From contig JAUWQI010000005.1 of NCBI GenBank assembly GCA_030611085.1, positions 1-61,097 on the forward strand: a DNA stretch of 61,097 nt, in the 5' to 3' direction. The notes beneath the pieces were generated by a model, which was given only the letters and a program-made list of their open reading frames with translations, ran no database searches and had not been told where the DNA came from. The translations under genes were made by a program, and so were the position numbers. The DNA is from Dehalococcoidia bacterium (GTDB taxonomy: Bacteria; Chloroflexota; Dehalococcoidia; GIF9; AB-539-J10). Below are positions 29,087-38,397 of the stretch, piece after piece; the stretch's first letter is position 1; every line of letters starts with the position of its first letter.

Positions 29087-29722
29087 ATGAATACCAGAAA
29101 GAAGATTGGTGTCCTTGCTTTGCAAGGTGCTTTTACTGAACATATCGCTAGCTTACAAAAACTAGGGGTAGAGGCAGCAGCTATACGTCTGCCCCAAGCC
29201 CTTGAAAGCTTAGACGGACTTATCATCCCTGGAGGAGAATCTACCACTATTGGGCGGTTGATGTTGCCCTATGGTTTTGTGAAAGCGTTAAGGATATTAA
29301 GCCAAGATGGTTTTCCCATGTTTGGAACTTGTGCTGGCATGATTTTGCTTTCCAAAGGTGCCCTTGATTTAGATGTAGAAACCATTGGAGCTATGGATAT
29401 AAAGGTGAGGCGCAACGCTTTTGGCAGACAGGTCGATAGTTTTGAGACACTCTTGCCAGTGCCAGCTTTGGGTGAAGTTCCTTTTCCCGCTGTATTTATC
29501 AGGGCGCCTGTTATCGTAGAGACAGGACCTGGGGTGGAAATTCTAGCTAGCCTTCCTGATGGCGCTCCTGTTGCTGCCAGGCAAGGAAATTTGCTGGTTT
29601 CAGCTTTTCATCCTGAGCTGACTTCAGACTTGAGGTTCCATGCTTATTTTCTAGACATCGTTTCTGCTTATGCTCCCAATGTCATTGCGAGCGAAGCGAA
29701 GCAATCTGAGCTGGGTACCTAG
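29087..29722 (+). CDS. pdxT: Pyridoxal 5'-phosphate synthase glutaminase subunit PdxT
   Basis: 211 aa, with GVLALQGAF, the catalytic Cys in GTCAGMILL, and AFHPELT. The C-terminal ~15 aa (NVIASEAKQSELGT) are encoded by a repeat. Confidence 0.9.
   Translation: MNTRKKIGVLALQGAFTEHIASLQKLGVEAAAIRLPQALESLDGLIIPGGESTTIGRLMLPYGFVKALRILSQDGFPMFGTCAGMILLSKGALDLDVETIGAMDIKVRRNAFGRQVDSFETLLPVPALGEVPFPAVFIRAPVIVETGPGVEILASLPDGAPVAARQGNLLVSAFHPELTSDLRFHAYFLDIVSAYAPNVIASEAKQSELGT
29680..29708. repeat. TGTCATT-family repeat forming the pdxT 3' end
   Basis: tgtcattgcgagcgaagcgaagcaatctg. Confidence 0.85.
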
Positions 29723-29748
29723 TTTCACAAAACTAGTAGTGCTCCGTT

Positions 29749-29798
29749 AAATTTGTTTAGAGTTTAGAGATTAGTATTTAGAATTTCCCGTTAGTGGA
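29749..29798. repeat. ctaaactctaaac-family element (reversed)
   Basis: aaatttgtttagagtttagagattagtatttagaatttc. Confidence 0.7.
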
Positions 29799-29808
29799 GG
29801 GGCGAATA

Positions 29809-30951
29809 ATGAGAGAATTAAACAACATAAACAACTTCTATCATGATGATAAGGTAATAGACGCTTGCTCCCTATTTGGAATGATGGATACCTCGGGAAA
29901 GCAGTTCTCAGGTGAGGGTGTAGTGAGGGCTATCGCCAACATGCATATTCGGGGTAATGGATTGGGTGGTGGATTTGCTGTTTATGGATTATATCCTGAA
30001 TATGCTGAGTTTTATGCCTTCCATATAATGTACTTGAGCCATGAGGGACAAGCACAAGTGGAAGCTTTCCTCAAGCAGAGATTTTATGTAATTCATGTTG
30101 AAGAAGTGCCTACCAAGCCAACTCCAGCTATATCAAATCCGCCTCTAGTATGGCGTTATTTCCTTGAAGTAAAGACTGAGGAAACTAAAGGGCAATCACT
30201 GGACGACTATGTAGTAGAGAAGGTCATAGAGATTAACACTAAGGTCAAGGATGCTTTTGTTTTCTCCAGTGGCAAAAACATGGCAGTGTTCAAAGGTGTA
30301 GGTTACCCTGAAGAGATAGCAGAATATTTCTGCTTAGATGAATATACGGGCTACCTGTGGACAGCCCATGGCAGGTTCCCCACTAACACTCCTGGTTGGT
30401 GGGGTGGAGCACATCCTTTTGATATCTTGGATTGGACGGTAGTTCACAATGGTGAGATCTCTTCTTATGGGATAAATCGGCGCTACCTGGAGCAATTTGG
30501 CTATCAATGCACTATGCAGACTGACACTGAGGTCGTGGCTTATGCAGTTGACCTCCTAATGCGGAAACATGGTCTCCCTATAGAAATAGTAGCCGACATA
30601 ATGGCTCCTCCCCTTTGGGAACAAATTGAGCGTATGCCATCTAAGGAGCAGAATATTTGCCGCACTCTACGCCAGGTGTATGGCAGTTTACTTCTTAACG
30701 GGCCTTTTACCGTAATCATCGCTCACCAGGGAGAGATGATTGGGCTTACCGACAGAATAAGGTTACGCCCTCTCACTGTAGGGATAAAAGGGTCAGTGCT
30801 TTACCTTTCTTCTGAGGAGTCAGCTATTCGGCTCATCTGCCCAGACCTTGATAGAACTTGGATACCCGTGGGAGGTGAACCCGTAGTAGGAAGTCTGGAA
30901 AAGCCCCTTATACCTCAGGAAGTGGCTATCGCAGGAGGAGATGGCATCTGA
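29809..30951 (+). CDS. Class-II (Ntn) glutamine amidotransferase, glutamate-synthase domain-1-like subunit
   Basis: [19 protein letters not shown] and [14 protein letters not shown] 29809 is preceded by GGAGGGG; the ORF track starts at GTG 29794. The stop overlaps the hisF start (ATCTGATG). Confidence 0.78.
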   Translation: MRELNNINNFYHDDKVIDACSLFGMMDTSGKQFSGEGVVRAIANMHIRGNGLGGGFAVYGLYPEYAEFYAFHIMYLSHEGQAQVEAFLKQRFYVIHVEEVPTKPTPAISNPPLVWRYFLEVKTEETKGQSLDDYVVEKVIEINTKVKDAFVFSSGKNMAVFKGVGYPEEIAEYFCLDEYTGYLWTAHGRFPTNTPGWWGGAHPFDILDWTVVHNGEISSYGINRRYLEQFGYQCTMQTDTEVVAYAVDLLMRKHGLPIEIVADIMAPPLWEQIERMPSKEQNICRTLRQVYGSLLLNGPFTVIIAHQGEMIGLTDRIRLRPLTVGIKGSVLYLSSEESAIRLICPDLDRTWIPVGGEPVVGSLEKPLIPQEVAIAGGDGI

Positions 30952-31718
30952 TGTTGACTAAGAGAATCATTCCTTGCCTTGATGTGACCCAAGGACGAGT
31001 AGTCAAGGGGACGAGCTTCACGCAACTGCGTGATGCTGGCGACCCTGTGGAACTAGCTGCTTTCTACTATAACGAGGGCGCTGATGAGCTTATCTTCTTG
31101 GACATTGGTGCTACACCCGAAGGACGAGACACGATGGTAGATGTAGTCGAGCGTGTATCCGAGCAGGTCTTCATTCCACTCACTGTTGGTGGGGGATTGC
31201 GGGGCATTGGTGACATGCGGCACATGCTCAAAGCAGGAGCTGACAAGGTATCCATTAACACTGCCGCTGTGCAAAATCCCAGACTTATTGCTGAAGGAGC
31301 ACAAAAATTTGGCAGTCAATGCATTGTAGTAGCTATCGATGCTAAGAGGGTAAATGGTACAGGTAAGCCTAAATGGGAGGTCTGCACCTATGGTGGGCGA
31401 AAGCCAACAGGTATTGATGCTGTTGAATGGGCTAAACAGGCTGTTGCACTTGGTGCTGGAGAATTCATGCTTACTAGCTGGGATGCCGATGGACAGAAGG
31501 CTGGCTACGACTTGGAATTGACCCGCACTATCAGCGAGGCGGTGTCAGTGCCGGTCATCGCTAGTGGCGGTGCCGGCAATTTGGAGCATCTCTATGAAGC
31601 TCTGGTTATAGGCAAGGCTGATGCTGTCCTCGCCGCAAGTATCTTTCACTACCGTATTTACTCTATTAGACAAGTAAAAGACTACCTAGCTGAAAAAGGG
31701 ATTCCTATAAGAAAATGA
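30951..31718 (+). CDS. hisF: Imidazole glycerol phosphate synthase cyclase subunit HisF
   Basis: 255 aa, with [16 protein letters not shown] and [14 protein letters not shown] overlap with the next gene. Confidence 0.95.
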   Translation: MLTKRIIPCLDVTQGRVVKGTSFTQLRDAGDPVELAAFYYNEGADELIFLDIGATPEGRDTMVDVVERVSEQVFIPLTVGGGLRGIGDMRHMLKAGADKVSINTAAVQNPRLIAEGAQKFGSQCIVVAIDAKRVNGTGKPKWEVCTYGGRKPTGIDAVEWAKQAVALGAGEFMLTSWDADGQKAGYDLELTRTISEAVSVPVIASGGAGNLEHLYEALVIGKADAVLAASIFHYRIYSIRQVKDYLAEKGIPIRK

Positions 31719-33220
31719 AAACATATTTACCGTCAAGGTTTATCATAGAACGAGACCCATCTCGGTGCATTCAATGCAAAGTGTGTGTTAACCAGTGCAC
31801 CTTTGATGTGCATTACTATGATGCTGAAGACGATGAAGTAAGAAGCCACGAGGAGAACTGTGTTGGTTGCCACCGCTGCGTGATATTCTGCCCTACCAAT
31901 GCTTTGACTGTGAGAAGAAATCCGCTGGACTATCGAGAAAATTACAACTGGCGTCCTGAGGTTATTGAAGACATCATCAAGCAGTCTGAAACTGGCGGTG
32001 TGCTTCTTACAGGAATGGGCAACGACAAAGGTTATCCCATTTACTGGGACCACTTGCTTCTTAATGCCAGCCAGGTAACTAACCCCTCGATTGACCCACT
32101 CCGTGAGCCCATGGAGCTAACTACCTATTTGGGGCAGAAACCTGACAGGGTAGAGATTGAACCTAGCTCGCTGAGTCTTAAAACGCAGCTTGCCCCCCAA
32201 GTCAAGCTTGATACTCCCATAATGTTCGCTGCTATGTCTTATGGTGCTGTGAGCATTAATGTGCATAAATCCTTGGCTAGAGCTGCTGCTGGAGCGGGAA
32301 CTTTGTGGAATACAGGCGAAGGAGGGCTTCACCCCGAATTGTATAAATATGGAAACAACACCGTTGCTCAAGTAGCTTCAGGACGATTTGGCGTTCATCC
32401 CGAATATCTTGATGTAGCCAGAGTGATTGAAATTAAGATTGGGCAAGGTGCTAAGCCCGGTATTGGAGGACATCTTCCCGGAGAGAAAGTAAGCGCTGAG
32501 GTATCAGCAACCCGGATGATTCCTGAGGGGACAGATGCTCTATCCCCAGCCCCACAGCATGACATTTACTCTATTGAGGATCTGGCACAGCTTGTCTATG
32601 CACTGAAAGAGGCAACAAACTATACCAAGCCAATAGCAGTGAAGATAGCTGCTGTTCACAACTCAGCGGCCATCGCTAGTGGCATGGTGCGGGCAGGAGC
32701 CGATATTATAGTTCTCGATGGGCTACGTGGAGGCACTGGCGCTACACCTAAGATTATTCGTGATAATGTGGGAATTCCTATCGAGTTAGCCCTTGCCTCA
32801 GTGGATACTCGTTTGAGGCAGGAAGGCATCCGTAACCAAGCCTCTATTGTAATCTCCGGAGGAATTAGAAACAGTGGTGATGTGGCTAAAGCGATTGCTT
32901 TGGGTGCCGACGCTGTCTATATTGGAACTGCAGCTCTTGTTGCTCTCGGTTGCACTTTATGTCAGCAATGCCATACTGGCAAATGCGCCTGGGGTATTTG
33001 CACTTCCAATCCGGCATTGACTAAGAGGGTTAACCCCGACATCGGGGCTAGACGGTTGACTAACCTCCTTCGTGGTTGGAGTCTTGAACTTAAAGATATA
33101 CTGGGAGGTATGGGCATAAATGCTATTGAGAGCCTTCGTGGCAATCGCCTTCAACTAAGAGGCATTGGACTTACTGATACCGAGTTGGAAATTCTAGGAG
33201 TAAAGATGGCGGGGAGCTAG
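31715..33220 (+). CDS. Glutamate synthase FMN/Fe-S (domain-2-like) subunit with N-terminal 2x[4Fe-4S] ferredoxin module
   Basis: 501 aa, with [40 protein letters not shown] and [27 protein letters not shown]. Confidence 0.88.
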   Translation: MKTYLPSRFIIERDPSRCIQCKVCVNQCTFDVHYYDAEDDEVRSHEENCVGCHRCVIFCPTNALTVRRNPLDYRENYNWRPEVIEDIIKQSETGGVLLTGMGNDKGYPIYWDHLLLNASQVTNPSIDPLREPMELTTYLGQKPDRVEIEPSSLSLKTQLAPQVKLDTPIMFAAMSYGAVSINVHKSLARAAAGAGTLWNTGEGGLHPELYKYGNNTVAQVASGRFGVHPEYLDVARVIEIKIGQGAKPGIGGHLPGEKVSAEVSATRMIPEGTDALSPAPQHDIYSIEDLAQLVYALKEATNYTKPIAVKIAAVHNSAAIASGMVRAGADIIVLDGLRGGTGATPKIIRDNVGIPIELALASVDTRLRQEGIRNQASIVISGGIRNSGDVAKAIALGADAVYIGTAALVALGCTLCQQCHTGKCAWGICTSNPALTKRVNPDIGARRLTNLLRGWSLELKDILGGMGINAIESLRGNRLQLRGIGLTDTELEILGVKMAGS

Positions 33221-33276
33221 AGATGACAGCTTAATTAGTCCTCTCCCTTGAAGGGAGAGGACTAAGGTGAGGGTGC

Positions 33277-34029
33277 ATGAAAAATAATCAAGTGGTAAAG
33301 ATAGATGCTAGTGGCATTTTCTATAGAGAGCTCAATGCCAAGCTGCGGGAAGTAGTATCGGATGGAGTTCAAAAAATTGAGCTATGCAATATCTATGGGC
33401 AGAGATATATCGGCACAGACCTGGATAAGCCGGTGGAAATTGAAATATTTGGCACTCCTGGCAATGATTTAGGTGCCTTCATGGATGGTCCCAAGATTAC
33501 TGTCCACGGCAACGCCCAGGATGGTTGCGGCAATACCATGAATAATGGGGAGATAATCGTTCATGGTCATGCTGGAGACATCACCGGTTTATCAGCCAGG
33601 GGAGGCAAGATATTCATTAGAGATAATGTTGGCTATCGGGCTGGCATCCACATGAAGGAGTATCAAGACAGGAAGCCCGTAGTGGTTATCGGAGGCACTG
33701 CCCAGGACTTCTTAGGCGAGTATATGGCTGGAGGAGTTCTCATTCTGCTGGGGCTAAACCTGAAGAAAGGCGAATGTCATAAAGCTAACTTTATCGGAAC
33801 TGGAATGCATAGCGGCGTCATTTATATGAGGGGAAATGTTCAGGATTTCCAACTCGGCAAGGAGGTGGGTGTTGCTGAACTTGATGAAAAGGATGGTTTG
33901 GTTTTAAAGGAACTCGTGAGCGAGTTTGCTTCTCATTTTGGTTACGCTGCAGAGGAAATATTAAAACACAAGTTTGCTAAATTGTTCCCTCTCCACCTCC
34001 GTCCCTACGGCAGGCTTTATGCTTATTAG
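33277..34029 (+). CDS. GXGXG-motif protein (glutamate synthase domain-3-like subunit)
   Basis: 250 aa. Repeated glycine motifs VHGNAQDGCGNTMNNGEIIVHGHAGD...ARGGKIFIRDNVG. Confidence 0.82.
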   Translation: MKNNQVVKIDASGIFYRELNAKLREVVSDGVQKIELCNIYGQRYIGTDLDKPVEIEIFGTPGNDLGAFMDGPKITVHGNAQDGCGNTMNNGEIIVHGHAGDITGLSARGGKIFIRDNVGYRAGIHMKEYQDRKPVVVIGGTAQDFLGEYMAGGVLILLGLNLKKGECHKANFIGTGMHSGVIYMRGNVQDFQLGKEVGVAELDEKDGLVLKELVSEFASHFGYAAEEILKHKFAKLFPLHLRPYGRLYAY

Positions 34030-34054
34030 ACCTAAGGTAAGCCGTTCACCCAAA

Positions 34055-34119
34055 TGTCATTCTGAGGGAGCGTAGCGACCGAAGAATCTCTGAGACCCTT
34101 CGCTTCGCTCAGGGTGACA
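34055..34119 (+). repeat. Full-length long-hairpin repeat (TGTCATTCTGAG...CTCAGGGTGACA type)
   Basis: tgtcattctgagggagcgtagcgaccgaagaatctctgagacccttcgcttcgctcagggtgaca. A 12-bp outer helix and a ~10-bp inner helix. Confidence 0.85.
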
Positions 34120-34160
34120 TAGAAAGTGGAGGGACAGTTACGATTTAAGGGGATACAGCC

Positions 34161-34826
34161 TTGGCAAAAATATTTATCATAGCCAACGAAGGCGAACAGA
34201 TAAAGAAACTGCGTTCGGAACTTGCTCAGAGAAGTTTTACTTGTTCCGTCATCCCCTATAGTGAGAAGGCAGCCGAATATATTGCAGAGCAATCTCCAAG
34301 TGCAGTGCTCGTGGATATGGGAGGTTCGTCAGTTGGTTCAGAACTATGGGGTTTACCCCAAAAAATCAAGGAAGAGAGATATATACCTGTTATTGCCATT
34401 ATCTCAAGAGGGATGCTTGATAGCATCGACTCTAGCCTTAGCATAGATGATTTTGTTGTTACACCTTGGGAAACGACTGAGGTAGCAGCGAGGATAAAGC
34501 GAATCTTAAGGCAAACAAACAACTCAAACGAGATAATTAAAAGTGGCGACTTAGTTATAGATGTAGATAGGTGCCAGGTATCAGTCGGTGGCAGCCTAGT
34601 TACTTTAGCCTTCAGAGAATACCAGTTACTTAAATTTCTAGCAAGTAATCAAGGGAGGGTCTTCACTCGTGAGACTCTGCTCGATAAGGTTTGGGGTTGG
34701 GACTACTATGGTGGTGACAGAACTGTTGATGTCCATATCAGGAGATTAAGAAGCAAAATAGAGGATAGAAACCATTCATTCATTGAGACTATAAGGAATA
34801 TAGGATATAGATTCAAGGAGATGTAA
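34161..34826 (+). CDS. OmpR-family winged-helix regulator with degenerate (pseudo-)receiver domain; orphan, GlnR-like
   Basis: 221 aa, TTG start. The C-terminal trans_reg_C domain carries LAFREYQLLKFLASNQGRVFTRETLLDKVWG...VDVHIRRLRSKIE. In the receiver, the acidic pair is replaced (IIANEGE) and the conserved Lys is replaced (DDFVVTPW). No histidine kinase lies nearby. Confidence 0.8.
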   Translation: MAKIFIIANEGEQIKKLRSELAQRSFTCSVIPYSEKAAEYIAEQSPSAVLVDMGGSSVGSELWGLPQKIKEERYIPVIAIISRGMLDSIDSSLSIDDFVVTPWETTEVAARIKRILRQTNNSNEIIKSGDLVIDVDRCQVSVGGSLVTLAFREYQLLKFLASNQGRVFTRETLLDKVWGWDYYGGDRTVDVHIRRLRSKIEDRNHSFIETIRNIGYRFKEM

Positions 34827-34830
34827 GTCT

Positions 34831-36238
34831 ATGTGCGGAATTATCACGATTTATGGGAACAATGCTAGCCATTGGGAATCTGATTTAAATGCTATGTTAG
34901 ACAAGTTATCTCACCGCGGTCCAGATGACCAAGGTACATATGTGGATAGCAACATCGCAATGGGGCAAACAAGGCTTTCGATAATGGATGTCGCTGGAGG
35001 CAAGCAGCCCATATTCAGTGAGGATGGGCGAAAGTGCATTGTATGCAACGGTGAGATTTATAACTATCCCGTTCTAAAAGATGAGCTTCGACAACATCGC
35101 TTCTGCACCAATAGCGATACTGAGGTAATTATTCACCTATTTGAAGAAGAAGGAGAGGGGTCGGTCTCCAGATTAGATGGAATGTTTGCCTTTATCCTCT
35201 ACGATGGAGAAAACATACTTGTTGCCAGGGACCCACTGGGTATAAAACCCCTCTATTATGGATGGAAAGATGGCTGTCTCTTTTTCGCCTCGGAGTTTAA
35301 GGTGCTGGACGGGGTGGTAGATAGAGTTCAGGAATTCCCTTCAGGGTACTACTATTCCTCAAAGAACGGTTTGGTTCAATACTATTTCCTTCCCGAAGTT
35401 ACTGATTGGGAAGATGATGTACACGAGATCACTGACCGGCTGCATGAAATACTGAGTAAAGCAGTGCAAAAGCGCTGGAGGTCTGATGTGCCGCTGGGTT
35501 GCTTTTTGAGCGGCGGTATTGATAGTAGCCTGATATCCGCTGTATCGAAGCAGCACTTTGACCATCTGGATACCTTCTCTGTCGGACTAGAAGGAGCCGC
35601 TATTGACCTTGAATATGCGAGAAAGGCATCTGCCTTTCTGGGAACTGAGCATCATGAATATATCTATACCAAAGATGAAGCATTGGAAGCATTGCCAGAT
35701 GTGATTTATCACCTGGAATCCTTCGACCCTGCTCTAGTAAGAAGTGCAATTCCTTGTTATTTTGTATCAAGACTCGCTAGCGATTATGTAAAGGTAATAC
35801 TTACCGGGGAAGGAGCAGATGAGGTCTTTGCCGGCTACCACTACATTAAACGATTAAAAAATACGGAGGCGGTTCAAGATGAAACCGTCCGGATTCTTAC
35901 TGGTTTACACAATATGAATCTTCAAAGAGTAGATCGTGCCACTATGGCACACTCCATAGAGGGAAGAGTGCCGTTCCTCGATATAGATTTTGTGGAGACC
36001 TAAGATAGAGTTTGCTGCTGGCTGTGGCTCGGAACGACTGATTACAAATCTTGCCGAGGATGAAATCTCAGACGCTGAATTTGAGAAAGAGAAAGAACTG
36101 CATAAGGATGCCAAGATTTTATCCAAGGAGGAACTCTACTACTTCAGGATATTCAGGAGCTTTTTCAACACCGATGGTGAGATTGAAGCTATCGGTAGAT
36201 GGAAGGGCGGTTTTGCTTCAGAAGGCGCTGAGCTATAA
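34831..36238 (+). pseudogene. asnB: Asparagine synthase (glutamine-hydrolysing), interrupted by an internal deletion and frameshift at about 35990-36003
   Basis: MCGI N-terminal nucleophile and PP-loop FLSGGIDSS. Frame 1 ends at ...RVPFLDIDFVET*. Frame 2 continues (L)WRPKIEFAAGCGS...SKEELYYFRIFRSFF, matching the usual AsnB C-terminus. About 35 aa normally lying between these blocks are absent. Confidence 0.7.
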
Positions 36239-36322
36239 GCCAATCACATTTTTGCCCTTTCAGGGCAAATACAATGAACTAATTTATAATAAAATTCTTA
36301 TTTTGACCTTTGGTCAAACTTT

Positions 36323-36360
36323 GTAACACAAATTTAACCTGTTCGTAATATTCTGGAAAC
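36323..36360 (+). promoter_or_regulatory. Four pentamer boxes at 11-bp phasing upstream of amt: a candidate operator for the OmpR/GlnR-like regulator
   Basis: GTAAC-acaaat-TTAAC-ctgttc-GTAAT-attctg-GAAAC, with exact n6 spacers counted from the sequence. It lies ~145 nt upstream of the amt ATG. Confidence 0.5.
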
Positions 36361-36503
36361 ATTTGGCTATTACTATTCTCCTTAAATAAAGCAAAGGCAA
36401 GCTGTGACTAAGGATATATATCTAATTCTGAAGTTGTGGGCAGCGTTGTCGCCCAGAATATCAAGAGACATGTCCAGCCATCACCAGCCGAAGGAGGATA
36501 GCC

Positions 36504-37901
36504 ATGTTTACCAGAGAAAAAATAATGCGGATTGTAATAAGAGGAGGGTTAACCCTAGGTCTGGTCTACCTCGTGTGGTTAGCGTGGACAGCGACAAGCG
36601 GCATAGTTCTAGCTGCTGACCCCACTGGGATAGGAGGAACGGCAGACTCCGCCGTAGATTATATTTGGATATTAATCTGTGCCTTCATGGTGATGTTTAT
36701 GCAGCCAGGCTTTGCCATGCTGGAAGCGGGGTTTTGCCGCGCCAAGAATGTCACCAACCTGATGACCAAAAACTTGATGGATTATGCCATTGGCTCGCTT
36801 GCCTTTTTTCTCGTAGGCTACGCCATAATGATGGGAGGTGATTGGCACGGTCTTTGGGGCACAGAAGGCTGGTTTATGCTCGGTGATTACTACGATGTGG
36901 ATAAATACCTCAATATGTTCTGGATGTTAGTTTTTTGCGCCACCGCAGCTACCATCGTCTCTGGCGCTGTCGCCGAAAGGATGAAGTTTAAGGCTTACAT
37001 CGCTTACAGCATCATAATAAGCGTCATTATTTATCCCATCTATGGTCACTGGGTATGGGGAGGAGGCTGGCTCTCCGCATTACCTTTCGGAATGGGCGCT
37101 CTGGACTTCGCTGGCTCGGGAGTGGTTCATGCTATCGGTGGCTTTGTCGGCTTGGCTGGAGCTATGGTTCTTGGTCCCAGATTCGGCAAATATGATAAGG
37201 ACGGAAAGCCGCGAGCAATCCCAGGCCATAGTATAGCGCTGGCTACCCTGGGGGTTTTTATCCTGTGGTTTGGCTGGTTTGGCTTTAACCCCGGCAGCAC
37301 CTGTGACGCACACCATTTGAGAATAGCGGTCATTGCCGTCAACACCAACTTAGCAGCCGCTGCTGCTGCAATGACAGCATTGCTCATAGCCAAGTGGAAG
37401 ACGAAGAAATGGGATACAGGTATGGCTTTGAATGGTGCGGTAGCAGGACTTGTAGCCATCACCGCTCCATGCGCCTGGGTGGAAGGATGGGCAGCCATTG
37501 TAATCGGTCTTATTGCTGGAGCGTTGATGTATGCCAGTGTCAAGTTCCTTGAATCTAAGGGAATAGACGACCCCGTAGGTGCAATAAGCGTTCATGGTAC
37601 CTGCGGGCTATGGGGCTTGCTCAGCATTGGTTTCTTTGCTGATGGGACATACGGCAATTACGCCACTGAAGCACCATTTGCCACTGGATTATTTTATGGT
37701 GGAGGTGGTGGACAATTGCTTGCCCAGTTTATCAGCATAGTAGTGGTCTTCGCCTGGGCATTTGGTATAGGGTATCTAATGTTTAAGCTAATGGACAATG
37801 CTTTTGGCATTCGTGTGTCTCCCGAAGTGGAGCTTCAAGGGTTGGATATTCCTGAGCATGGCACGCCAGCCTACCCCGACTTTGTTACCACCCGAAGGTA
37901 G
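36504..37901 (+). CDS. amt: Ammonium transporter
   Basis: 465 aa, AGGAGG RBS. About 11 TM segments, with AVAERMKF and DFAGSGVVH. Confidence 0.95.
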   Translation: MFTREKIMRIVIRGGLTLGLVYLVWLAWTATSGIVLAADPTGIGGTADSAVDYIWILICAFMVMFMQPGFAMLEAGFCRAKNVTNLMTKNLMDYAIGSLAFFLVGYAIMMGGDWHGLWGTEGWFMLGDYYDVDKYLNMFWMLVFCATAATIVSGAVAERMKFKAYIAYSIIISVIIYPIYGHWVWGGGWLSALPFGMGALDFAGSGVVHAIGGFVGLAGAMVLGPRFGKYDKDGKPRAIPGHSIALATLGVFILWFGWFGFNPGSTCDAHHLRIAVIAVNTNLAAAAAAMTALLIAKWKTKKWDTGMALNGAVAGLVAITAPCAWVEGWAAIVIGLIAGALMYASVKFLESKGIDDPVGAISVHGTCGLWGLLSIGFFADGTYGNYATEAPFATGLFYGGGGGQLLAQFISIVVVFAWAFGIGYLMFKLMDNAFGIRVSPEVELQGLDIPEHGTPAYPDFVTTRR

Positions 37902-37905
37902 GAAA

Positions 37906-37931
37906 GTCATTGCGAGGAATGAAGCAATCTC
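37906..37931. repeat. TGTCATT-family repeat between amt and glnB
   Basis: gtcattgcgaggaatgaagcaatctc. Confidence 0.8.
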
Positions 37932-37955
37932 AATAAGATAAGGGGGTGTGAAAAA

Positions 37956-38297
37956 ATGAAAAAGATAGAAGCCATAATCAGAGTAGAGAAATTTGACGAG
38001 GTGAAGGAGGCTTTAAAGAAACTGGAGAGTTACCCGGGAATGACAAAGACGCCTGTAGAGGGTCACGGGAAACAGAAAGGGCTGAAACAACAATTTCGGG
38101 GCACGACATTTGAGGTGGAGTTTCCCCAGAAGATCAAGCTAGAAGTAGTGGCTCAAGACGATAAGGTAGAGGAGATAGTGAATGCCATTATAGCTAACGC
38201 CAAGACTGGTGAGGTCGGCGATGGCAAGATTTTCATCTATCCCGTGGAAAGTATCATTCGAGTGAGAACAGGAGAGCGAGATGGAGATGCTTTATAG
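37956..38297 (+). CDS. glnB: PII nitrogen regulatory protein (GlnB/GlnK)
   Basis: 113 aa, with MKKIEAIIR...GHGKQKG...GDGKIFIYPVE. The T-loop has Phe where Tyr51 is usual. Confidence 0.9.
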   Translation: MKKIEAIIRVEKFDEVKEALKKLESYPGMTKTPVEGHGKQKGLKQQFRGTTFEVEFPQKIKLEVVAQDDKVEEIVNAIIANAKTGEVGDGKIFIYPVESIIRVRTGERDGDAL

Positions 38298-38397
38298 AAA
38301 GCAATATTACCTGCTGCGACATTATCTAGATTACCTAATCAGGTTCTGTGACGGCATGGTATAACAGGTGGTATATCAAAAAACAAAAGGAGGGAAT

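Noticed and set aside
29794-29808. GTG start of the GATase subunit as listed in the ORF track
   Set aside because: The ATG at 29809 lies 5 nt after a GGAGGGG Shine-Dalgarno sequence that would sit inside the GTG-started frame, so the shorter form is preferred. Similar start re-assignments were made for fmdB, the aminotransferase, hisH, hypB, hypE, mvhD, the protease, the lipoprotein and acpS.
34032-34292. 86-aa ORF on the - strand (..VTLSEAKGLRDSSVATLPQND..)
   Set aside because: It is a translation of the long-hairpin repeat at 34055-34119 plus the antisense of the regulator gene start. It is a repeat-derived artefact.
36051-36619. ORFs 36051-36326 and 36404-36619 (+)
   Set aside because: The first is an alternative frame over the asnB C-terminal remnant. 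The second overlaps the amt start in another frame. Neither has motifs.
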